DNA from: Zetaproteobacteria bacterium
GTDB lineage: Bacteria > Pseudomonadota > Zetaproteobacteria > Mariprofundales > Mariprofundaceae
Assembly: GCA_021545645.1 (NCBI GenBank)
Contig: JAJRWP010000108.1
Coordinates: 1 to 40,266, forward strand
Direction: 5' to 3'
DNA length: 40,266 bases
In this document: positions 32,681 through 40,183 of the stretch, in pieces
Position numbering within the stretch: the first letter of the stretch is position 1
How the letters are laid out: each line of letters begins with the position of its first letter
Made by a program: the position numbers and the translations under genes
Notes under the pieces: generated by a model
What the model saw: the letters and a program-made list of their open reading frames with translations, nothing else
Database searches by the model: none
Told to the model about the DNA's origin: nothing

Positions 32681-33325
32681 TTAACGAACACGCAACTCCA
32701 CACGCCGGTTCTTGGCGCGACCAGCCGCTGTGCCATTGTCGGCCACCGGTTGTGTTTCGCCGTAACCGTGCGATGTTAAACGCGACGCGGCAATGCCATG
32801 TGCGGTCAGATAATCCATCACGCTTTTAGCACGACGTTCGGAAAGCACCAAATTATATGCGTCTTTACCACGCGAATCGGTATGCGCAGCAACTTCAACA
32901 TGAATACCCGAGCGTTTTTTCAACACCGCAACGGCATGATTCAAGGTCGTGGCCGATGCCGGGCTGAGTTTGGCGCTGTTGGTCTCGAAATAGACACCTG
33001 AAAGCGCAATCACTTCCGGTTGGCAGTGGGCTTTCGTTTTACCAAATGCCTGCTTAGCAGCCTTCACGGAAGCGGCAATCAGCGCTTCATTTTCTTCGGG
33101 GTGAATGCCGCCTTCGGTTAGCTCATGCGCCGCTGCATACAACTTGGCAACCGCTTCGGCCTGACGTTCCGGCGCACATTTCTCAGCACCCGCCTTTTTG
33201 GCTTTGGCAATCAACGCACGCGCCTCATCAAGCTCGGATACTTGTGTGCTGGGAGGAACAATCGCACAGCCGGAAAACAATACAACGCCTGTAAATATGG
33301 CGAATGATTTAAAATTCAATGTCAT
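32681..33325 (-). CDS. OmpA-family lipoprotein
   Basis: Lipobox VLFSGC, helical N-terminal region, C-terminal OmpA_C motifs (AHTDSRGKDAYNLVLSERRA, NRRVELRV). Confidence 0.85.
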   Translation of the reverse strand: MTLNFKSFAIFTGVVLFSGCAIVPPSTQVSELDEARALIAKAKKAGAEKCAPERQAEAVAKLYAAAHELTEGGIHPEENEALIAASVKAAKQAFGKTKAHCQPEVIALSGVYFETNSAKLSPASATTLNHAVAVLKKRSGIHVEVAAHTDSRGKDAYNLVLSERRAKSVMDYLTAHGIAASRLTSHGYGETQPVADNGTAAGRAKNRRVELRVR

Positions 33326-33573
33326 TTTGCACCTCCGGCTTTAGCGGCGGCATCTTCAGCCATGTTGATGAACGCCTTGGCTGTCGATAAATCATGCTGA
33401 GAAACTTCTTCACTGGCATAATCAGCGAACTTTTTCGCCAAATATGCATGATACGAATGATTTCCTTTCACTTTCTCATTCACAATATCGGCACGATTAT
33501 CGACACTGAGAAAAGAAGCAGCTGAAGCGGTAAACGGTAAAACAATAAATGCTGCTGCAAATAACCAACGCAT
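33322..33573 (-). CDS. small secreted helical protein co-translated with the OmpA-family lipoprotein
   Basis: 83 aa with signal peptide MRWLFAAAFIVLPFTASAAS. The stop overlaps the downstream ATG (ATGA). Confidence 0.6.
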   Translation of the reverse strand: MRWLFAAAFIVLPFTASAASFLSVDNRADIVNEKVKGNHSYHAYLAKKFADYASEEVSQHDLSTAKAFINMAEDAAAKAGGAK

Positions 33574-33839
33574 ATAATCTCTCCTGTTCTGAATTTAGCG
33601 CACGATAGTAGTAAGTTTGTGCGCTGCTGAAAAGGTATTTCTACTTAGCATCCTGTGAAAAATCTAGGCGCGGCAATAGTTGCGCATGAAGTAGAAGGCC
33701 AAAACGGGTGTCAGCAGCAGTCCTGTGCTGTTCGTGGGCATTTCTCGCCGAAGGCGACGACATGCAACGCTTTCACCCTTGATTCATAAACATCGACGAT
33801 GCATTGACCTTCGCCGGTACGCCTCTAAGCTGCCGCGCC

Positions 33840-34616
33840 ATGAAACGATTGCTGTTACTCAACCTTGTCATGACCTGTCTGCTGCTTTGTCCGGGCTTGG
33901 CGCTGGCTATTGTCAATGTCGATGCAGTGCATGTCGGCGCGCCGCTTGATGGTTTTTCCGCTACGGCAACGGCCTCGGCAGGTGGCGCTTCCGGTAACAG
34001 CGATAGATTTCGCGGTCGCGCCGATGCGCGTTTGCAGTGGCATGCCGGAAAACATATGGATTTCGCGGTGTTCAGCTACGACTACGGCAGCAGTCGCGGG
34101 CGCACCGATACCAACCGCGAATTCGCCCATTTGCGCCATCGTTTTCAATTTACACCGGCATGGACGCTGGAAGGCTTCGTGCAGGCGGAACGCGACGAAT
34201 TCGCCCGCCTGTCCTTTCGCGGCCTAGTCGGCGCGGGTTTACGCCGCACACTGCTGGAAAAAAACACCGAGGCTGCGGTTTATTTGGGTTTGGGCATGAT
34301 GTACGAACGCGAAATCCTGCGCCGCGATTTTCGCACCAGCGATCGGCGCGGCGAATCAACCGCCCGCGCCAATACCTATTTGAGCATGCAGGCAAAACTC
34401 AATGCGCAGATGCGTTTTTCCAGCACCCTGTTTTATCAGCCGAAAATCAGTGATGTTACCGATTTCCGCCTGCTCGAAGAAGCCGCCCTGCATGTGCGGC
34501 TGACGGATAACACGGAATTGCGCCTGAATATCGAATTGCGCCACGACAGCCGCCCGCCGCAAACCATCAAAACAACCGACATCACCTACACAACAGGCAT
34601 TACGCTAAGTTTTTAA
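33840..34616 (+). CDS. DUF481-like outer-membrane beta-barrel protein
   Basis: Start moved to ATG 33840 (MKRLLLLNLVMTCLLLCPGLALA signal peptide). Alternating amphipathic strands. The C-terminal ...TTGITLSF ends in an aromatic residue. Confidence 0.7.
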   Translation: MKRLLLLNLVMTCLLLCPGLALAIVNVDAVHVGAPLDGFSATATASAGGASGNSDRFRGRADARLQWHAGKHMDFAVFSYDYGSSRGRTDTNREFAHLRHRFQFTPAWTLEGFVQAERDEFARLSFRGLVGAGLRRTLLEKNTEAAVYLGLGMMYEREILRRDFRTSDRRGESTARANTYLSMQAKLNAQMRFSSTLFYQPKISDVTDFRLLEEAALHVRLTDNTELRLNIELRHDSRPPQTIKTTDITYTTGITLSF

Positions 34617-34685
34617 GGTTTTAACATGCTAACAACGTAAAGAACGCGCCACATCGGTGCGCGAGAGCATGCCGATCAAGCGTTG

Positions 34686-35759
34686 TTAATCGTTCAAAAT
34701 CGGCACATGGCTGATGCCTTGTGCGGTAAATATCGCCACCGCTTCGGCGACAGGGGCATCTTCCGCCAAGCTGATCACCGGCGAGACCATCAACTGCCCG
34801 ACCACTTCGGGTTTGCTTGAGTTGATACCGACCGTCGGTTTAATCAGCGTTTTCAAACGCTCTTCAATCGTCTCTCCGGCCAGTTTTTCGGCTGCTTTTT
34901 TGAAATCGCTGACGGTAATGATGCCGGTTAAACGGCGGGCTATATTAGTCACCGGCAGACTCTTGATATTGTGCTGCTGCATCAACGACCATGCATCGCT
35001 CAGACAATCGCCGAATTCAACACTCACCACCTGTTTCGTCATAATATCCCGGCACAGCATATGCCCCAGACTGCGTTTATGCGCAAACGACATGGCGCGT
35101 GCATAAATATCGTTCAAATCCTCAATCGACACATCAATATAGGTGTTGATGCCATGCAATGCATTGTTCAAATCATCATCTGAAAACGGCGCAACATTCG
35201 GCAGATCGTGCGCGTCATCTTCTTCAGGATAAGGAAAAAAATCGTCTTCTTGCTGTCTTTTTGCCAGCAATAAACGCGTAAAATAAACGGCTGTGCCCAG
35301 AATCAACACATTCAGCCCGACCGGCATCAATACATAGAGATAACCCAGCGATTGAATCTGTTCGCCGCCGATCACGGCCACCAATGCCGCCGCGCCACCG
35401 GGCGGATGCAGGCAGTTCAATTCGTGCATGGCAAAAATCGCCAGCCCCACAGCCAAACCACTGGCCAAAAACAAATCGGGAACCCATTGCGCACAAGTCA
35501 CGCCGACAGCCGCAGAAACCAAATGCCCGCCGACAAACGACCAAGGACGGGTTAGCGGACTGTGCGGTGCGGCATAAAGCAATACAGCGGCAGCGCCCAT
35601 CGATGCAACGACAAACGGAAAACCATGGCTGCCAACAAGATGATAACTGACCCACGCGACCAAACCGATACCGACAACTGCGCCCAAGGAGGAAATGACC
35701 ATTTCATCCTGCGATTGACGCCGCGCCAGTCCGCTCAATACCTTGCTTAATACATGCAT
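34686..35759 (-). CDS. HPP-family membrane protein fused to a CBS-domain pair
   Basis: Start at ATG 35759 (MHVLSKVL). TM region containing the HPPGGAA motif. C-terminal CBS pair (CRDIMTKQVVSV..., VGQLMVSPVISL...). Confidence 0.85.
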   Translation of the reverse strand: MHVLSKVLSGLARRQSQDEMVISSLGAVVGIGLVAWVSYHLVGSHGFPFVVASMGAAAVLLYAAPHSPLTRPWSFVGGHLVSAAVGVTCAQWVPDLFLASGLAVGLAIFAMHELNCLHPPGGAAALVAVIGGEQIQSLGYLYVLMPVGLNVLILGTAVYFTRLLLAKRQQEDDFFPYPEEDDAHDLPNVAPFSDDDLNNALHGINTYIDVSIEDLNDIYARAMSFAHKRSLGHMLCRDIMTKQVVSVEFGDCLSDAWSLMQQHNIKSLPVTNIARRLTGIITVSDFKKAAEKLAGETIEERLKTLIKPTVGINSSKPEVVGQLMVSPVISLAEDAPVAEAVAIFTAQGISHVPILND

Positions 35760-35909
35760 GAAACCTAATTCTTTATCATGCGTTGTGCAGAGTAAAGAAA
35801 GCAAAACCCGGCAAGCGAATTTGTGAACAAGCCCTAGCCTAAAGCGGCAAGGTGGTGGAGTATTGCAGCGTCGTAATTTCCACCCGGCACAAGCAAGGAG
35901 CCATCATTG

Positions 35910-37115
35910 ATGCAACACAACAGCCACGAAATATCAGAAGGAAACCCCAACGATTTTGCACTTTTTCGGCTCGGCTTTCGGCCTTTTTTCCTCGCTGGCG
36001 GGGTTTTCTCCGTTATCGCCATGGGGCTTTGGATGGCTCAGCTCGTTTTCGGCGGCAGAATCGTTCCGCCCGGCATGTCGCCGATGTTTTGGCATGCGCA
36101 TGAGATGATTTACGGCTATGCGCTGGCCATTATTGCCGGATTTCTGCTCACCGCAGTCAAAAACTGGACAGGCATCCAAACCCTAAACGGCACGCCGCTG
36201 AAATTGCTGCTGCTTTGCTGGCTGCTGGCGCGAATTGCGGCGCTGATTCCCGGCCCGAACGCCCTGTTGCTCGGCATGCTGCTGGATAATCTGTTTATTG
36301 TTTTTCTGGCCGTAGCCCTGACTGTACCGGTGGTGCAAGCCAAGCTCTGGAAAAATATGGCGGTGATTTCCAAGATTTATTTTCTGCTGATCGGCAACAC
36401 CATGTATGCCTTGGGCCTGCTCGGCATCTTCGCCGACGGGCAGCAAATCGGTGTTTTTATCGGCCTGTACATGATTTTATCGCTGATTTTGGTGTTGTCG
36501 CGGCGGGTGATGCCGATGTTTATCGAACGCGGCGTCGGTTATGATGTATCCCTCAAAAATCATGCCTGGGTGGATATTTCCGGCTTTTTGCTGTTTCTGG
36601 CTTTTGCAGTCTGCGATATTTTCCTTGCCCAACCGGCGCTGACTGCGGGCCTTGCAGCGGCGCTGTTCATACTGCACAGCATTCGCCTGTACGGCTGGCA
36701 CACACACGGCATCTGGAAAAAACCGCTGCTGTGGGTGCTATATCTGGCTTATGCATGGATAATTTTCGGTTTCGGACTGAAATTCGCCGCGTTTATATTC
36801 GCTATTTCGCCTTCGCTGGCCATTCATGCGTTTGCTGTCGGCGGCATCGGCATGATGACGCTGGGCATGGTTTCAAGGGTGTCGCTCGGGCATACAGGAA
36901 GAAATATCATGCAACCGCCGTCCGCGCTCGGCCCGATATTCGCCATGTTGTTTGTCGGTGTCTGCATCCGCGTTGTTTTTCCACTGCTGTTTAGCGGCCA
37001 TTACCTGCTGTGGATCGCCCTTTCGCAAGCCCTGTGGATCGCCGCATTTGCATATTTCGTGTATATCTATGCCCCGATCCTGATACGCCCGCGCCTTGAT
37101 GGGCGCTGGGGTTAA
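35910..37115 (+). CDS. nnrS: NnrS-family haem/copper membrane protein (NO-stress associated)
   Basis: ATG 35910, 9 nt after AAGGAG. N-terminal FALFRLGFRPFFL signature, about 12 TM helices, 401 aa. Confidence 0.88.
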   Translation: MQHNSHEISEGNPNDFALFRLGFRPFFLAGGVFSVIAMGLWMAQLVFGGRIVPPGMSPMFWHAHEMIYGYALAIIAGFLLTAVKNWTGIQTLNGTPLKLLLLCWLLARIAALIPGPNALLLGMLLDNLFIVFLAVALTVPVVQAKLWKNMAVISKIYFLLIGNTMYALGLLGIFADGQQIGVFIGLYMILSLILVLSRRVMPMFIERGVGYDVSLKNHAWVDISGFLLFLAFAVCDIFLAQPALTAGLAAALFILHSIRLYGWHTHGIWKKPLLWVLYLAYAWIIFGFGLKFAAFIFAISPSLAIHAFAVGGIGMMTLGMVSRVSLGHTGRNIMQPPSALGPIFAMLFVGVCIRVVFPLLFSGHYLLWIALSQALWIAAFAYFVYIYAPILIRPRLDGRWG

Positions 37116-37139
37116 ATCAATAAAACCCCGTTTGATGAA

Positions 37140-37341
37140 GGTTTTGACTTTCTCCCGATCAGTCGGCTGCCGAGACAAGTGGAAAAACGGGATAAAGCAG
37201 CAACGTCGCGCCCGTTTTTCCACGCAGACGAGGGAACCCGAAGGGCAGGCGAATGCCGGGCGGCTTTCTTTGCTTCTTTCTTGGCCGCGCAAGAAAGAAG
37301 AAGCTCCTCACATCCGCGAAACAAGACCTGAACCCGAATAC
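37140..37341 (+). repeat. copy A of the roughly 200-bp structured repeat
   Basis: Aligns end to end with 38094..38368 (about 95% by hand alignment). Hairpin H1 37179-37191/37211-37223 (13 bp). Hairpin H2 CTTCTTTCTT 37273-37282 / AAGAAAGAAG 37291-37300. Confidence 0.75.
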
Positions 37342-37354
37342 GTTCTACAAAGCA

Positions 37355-37400
37355 TTGCACACAAAACCATATGGTGATATGGTGCAGTGGTGTTATAGTG
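37355..37400 (+). promoter_or_regulatory. candidate TA promoter with tandem 8-mer operator array
   Basis: TTGCAC (37355-60), 17-nt spacer, TATGGT (37378-83). Four head-to-tail 8-mers ATATGGTG ATATGGTG CAGTGGTG TTATAGTG (37369-37400) overlap the -10 and lie 24-55 nt before the antitoxin ATG. Confidence 0.4.
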
Positions 37401-37423
37401 ACAAACATCATAAAGGAGATTCC

Positions 37424-37660
37424 ATGAGTCGATTAACCATCACTTTATCGGATGAACGCTATCTTGCACTGAAAGAAGCTGCTGCCACTCGGCACAAGTC
37501 CATTCGCGAAATCATCGAAAGCAGCCTCGATTTTTACGGTATTAAAAGTAAAAAGTCTGCGCGCCATTTTGTTGCTCTGGCGAGAACAAACAGCACCCTC
37601 AACGAAGATGATGCGCTGGCACTGGCTGTTCAGGAAACACATGCAGCCCGACAAGGATGA
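37424..37660 (+). CDS. ribbon-helix-helix (CopG/Arc-like) antitoxin
   Basis: 78 aa. ATG 37424 preceded by AAGGAG. MSRLTITLSDERYLALKEAA is a typical RHH N-terminal strand-helix. The stop overlaps the PIN ATG (ATGA). Confidence 0.8.
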   Translation: MSRLTITLSDERYLALKEAAATRHKSIREIIESSLDFYGIKSKKSARHFVALARTNSTLNEDDALALAVQETHAARQG

Positions 37661-38079
37661 AGCCCGCGCTAGCAATTATTGATACCAATATTTTAATCAG
37701 CGGCATCATCACCCATCATCCCGAATCGCCAACCTGTCGCATCGTCGACGGCATGTTGCAAGGCACATTCCCGTTCCTTCTCTCACTCGCATTACTCAAG
37801 GAATATAGACAAGTCCTGCTGCGCCCGGCGATTCAATCCCTGCACAAGCTCAGCGAAGAAGATGTGGATACCATTCTTGAGACCATCACCGTCAACGCCA
37901 TCCTGCGCGACCCGATAGCCGCAAAACAGCATGCGCCGGATAAAAATGATCAGCATTTATGGGATTTGCTTGCCGCCCGAAAAGAAGCCGTGCTAATCAC
38001 CGGCGACAAATTACTGCTTACCAACCCGCCAGCATCAGCACGCGTAATCTCCGCCCAAGCCTTCATCTGCCTGATCTAA
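37657..38079 (+). CDS. PIN-domain toxin (PIN_3 / TIGR00305-like)
   Basis: 140 aa. AIIDTNILISG (acidic residue 1), LKEY, PDKNDQHL and ITGDK acidic positions in the spacing expected for a PIN RNase. Confidence 0.85.
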   Translation: MKPALAIIDTNILISGIITHHPESPTCRIVDGMLQGTFPFLLSLALLKEYRQVLLRPAIQSLHKLSEEDVDTILETITVNAILRDPIAAKQHAPDKNDQHLWDLLAARKEAVLITGDKLLLTNPPASARVISAQAFICLI

Positions 38080-38093
38080 AGTAAAAAAGGACT

Positions 38094-38368
38094 GGTTTTC
38101 ACTTCCTCCCGATCAGTTGGCTGCCGAGACAAGTGGAAAAACGGGATAAAGCAGCAACGTCGCGCCCGTTTTTTCGCGCAGACGAGGGAACCCGAAGGAC
38201 AGGCGAATGCCGGGCGGCCTTCTTTGACTCAGGGCATCCCTGCCCCTCGCCCTGCGGGCGCACTGCGTGCGTCCAATTCTGCTCTCCTGCCGAATTGTGC
38301 TTCTTTCTTGGCCGCACAAGAAAGAAGAAGCCCCTCACATCCGCGAAACAAGACCTGACCCCGAATAC
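38094..38368 (+). repeat. copy B of the structured repeat, with a 73-nt extra block
   Basis: Same orientation as copy A. The extra block is 38227..38299. H1 38133-38145/38165-38177. H2 38300-38309/38318-38327. Confidence 0.75.
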
Positions 38369-38393
38369 TTTTCGATTTGAGAATTGTAAAATG

Positions 38394-38426
38394 AAAAAGA
38401 CTGCTTAAGAGAAAGCAGCCTTTTTA
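38394..38426. terminator. bidirectional rho-independent terminator between the TA operon and the convergent two-gene operon
   Basis: CTGCTT (38401-06) / AAGCAG (38413-18) stem, flanked by an A-run (38394-98) and a T-run (38421-25). Confidence 0.5.
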
Positions 38427-38473
38427 TATCATAACGAAATGCTCAAGCACAAGAATGCACCAAGTTTACATAG

Positions 38474-38635
38474 CTATTTGAGCGGTTTGTTTGAGAACCA
38501 TGAAAAATCAGACACTTTTATCCCTGTTTTTTCAAATGCATGTTTTAATGATTTAGAAAACCAAGACTTAATCTGATTATCAGTTGCCATTGGCTTTGGT
38601 ATCTCGGTGATCCTCGTGTTAATCTGCCCAGTCAT
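38474..38635 (-). CDS. hypothetical small basic protein (53 aa)
   Basis: ATG 38635 lies 6 nt after AAGGGGA and 12 nt downstream of the TAG stop of the 171-aa ORF. Lys-rich, net charge about +5 by hand count. Confidence 0.45.
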   Translation of the reverse strand: MTGQINTRITEIPKPMATDNQIKSWFSKSLKHAFEKTGIKVSDFSWFSNKPLK

Positions 38636-38649
38636 AGTCTTTCCCCTTG

Positions 38650-39165
38650 CTAGTTGCGTTTCGTCAATACGAGCCACGCACCATGCGCACTCACATCAAA
38701 AGGTAAATCGACATCATCAGGAAGGTTCGCTGGGTCCGCAATCTGTCTCCAAATACGAGCTTCCATAATGCTATCACCATAAATTTTAACACTCTCTGAC
38801 TTAAGTATATCGGATGATAGGCTGAAAACTTCAGTCAGCACAGTTCCACCGATTTCAAACAAGTCTTTCAATAGTGGCGGATTATTAATGTCCGCGAAGC
38901 TTGGCGCAAGTGTTAATTCTAACATTTTCAACCAAGGACGATCTGATTTCGGACACGCATGCGATAACAAAACAATACCGTCATATGTTCCGCTCCTACT
39001 GACATAAACATATTGATCACTGGCATCATTCGCTGATATTGTGTAAGCACGTGAAAGTGCTCCCAAACACCTCGCAGGATTTACCATTGGCAATTCGTCC
39101 AACTGATCAAGCCACTGTTTTTCAATGACTTCTAACTTGCTAGCATCAATTTTCTCTAGCTTCAT
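38650..39165 (-). CDS. hypothetical acidic protein (171 aa)
   Basis: ATG 39165 preceded by TGGAG. AT-rich. No motif I recognise. Net charge about -8 by hand count. An AT-rich upstream region (39166-39337) may hold the promoter. Confidence 0.6.
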   Translation of the reverse strand: MKLEKIDASKLEVIEKQWLDQLDELPMVNPARCLGALSRAYTISANDASDQYVYVSRSGTYDGIVLLSHACPKSDRPWLKMLELTLAPSFADINNPPLLKDLFEIGGTVLTEVFSLSSDILKSESVKIYGDSIMEARIWRQIADPANLPDDVDLPFDVSAHGAWLVLTKRN

Positions 39166-39337
39166 AAATCAACTCCAGATAATAGATTCAGCGAAAGCTT
39201 AGCATAAGAATCATATTTTATCGCCATCAAAAAGAACATAAGCAAGAGACTTGCCTGTTTATGAAAATAAAACAAAGCAGAACAACACTTAATTGTAGCG
39301 AATAAATGCTGATATACAAAAACCGGGAGCAACATAT

Positions 39338-40153
39338 TCACTTCACATTCAGCAAAGCCAATTCGCTTTCTGAGAATCCTGCATCGCGGCGGGCATCGAG
39401 ATTGAACGGGCCGTGCAGGCCGTTGGGGAAGTGTTTTTTCAGTAAGGTGAAGAACGTGGCTTCCGCTTCGAGGTCGCGTTCGGCGCAAACATGGCGGAAC
39501 CAGCGGTTGCCGATTTTAACATGGCCGATTTCTTCCTCGTAAATCACCTCTAAAATCGCTACGATGTCCATCTGCCCGGCCTGCCGGAGCTTATCGATAA
39601 TCCCCGGCGTCACATCCAGTCCGCGCGCCTCTAAAACACGCGGCACCAGCGCCATGCGCTCGACAACATCATCCGTTGTTTTTTCGGCCATTTCCCACAG
39701 GCCGTTATGCGCATCGAATGCGCCGTAATCGCTGCCCTGCTGGCGCAACCAATCACGAATCATGGCAAAATGCTTGGCTTCTTCATCGGCAACCTTAAGC
39801 CAATCGCTATAATAATCATTGGGCATGGCTTGAAAGCGCTGCACCGCATCCAGCGCCAGATTGATGGCGTTGAATTCGATATGCGCAATCGCATGCATCA
39901 TGCGAATACGCCCGTGCGCACTGCCCAAACCGCGACGCGGCATTTCGCGTGGATGCACCAGCTTGGGATATGCCGGTCTGCCGACGCTGTTTGCATGCAA
40001 AACCGCGCCGTTTTTGCGCTGCAGCAAGCCCTCCGCCCACGCCGCAGCCACGGCATGCGTTAAGCGCAATTTGGCATCGACATCGGATTCGCCAAGCGCT
40101 GCCGAGACTTCCGAAAAAAGTCCTGCCGGTAATGTGTTTTCAGTCACTTGCAA
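39338..40153 (-). CDS. DUF455 ferritin-like di-iron family protein
   Basis: 271 aa. HIEFNAINLALDA and EEIGHVKIGNRWF helices with E/H ligand spacing typical of the DUF455 family. Confidence 0.8.
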   Translation of the reverse strand: MQVTENTLPAGLFSEVSAALGESDVDAKLRLTHAVAAAWAEGLLQRKNGAVLHANSVGRPAYPKLVHPREMPRRGLGSAHGRIRMMHAIAHIEFNAINLALDAVQRFQAMPNDYYSDWLKVADEEAKHFAMIRDWLRQQGSDYGAFDAHNGLWEMAEKTTDDVVERMALVPRVLEARGLDVTPGIIDKLRQAGQMDIVAILEVIYEEEIGHVKIGNRWFRHVCAERDLEAEATFFTLLKKHFPNGLHGPFNLDARRDAGFSESELALLNVK

Positions 40154-40183
40154 TCTCCCCGCCGCACCGCTAGAAACCGACCC

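Noticed and set aside
38099-38338. ORFs inside the repeats that share the peptide LCFFLGR.RKKK (20116..20358+, 37253..37423+, 38133..38408+) and the minus-strand ORFs 37112..37411 and 38099..38338.
   Set aside because: The shared peptide is simply the translation of the palindromic H2 hairpin. Frames are not maintained between copies: the 73-nt indel is not a multiple of three. No SD or start context is present.
37140-38368. Idea that the repeats are integron attC sites (CALIN-like cassette array) flanking a TA cassette.
   Set aside because: I found no RYYYAAC / GTTRRRY core sites at the repeat ends. The element has two separate local hairpins rather than one long imperfect palindrome. No intI is present, and the next genes are in the opposite orientation with their own terminator.
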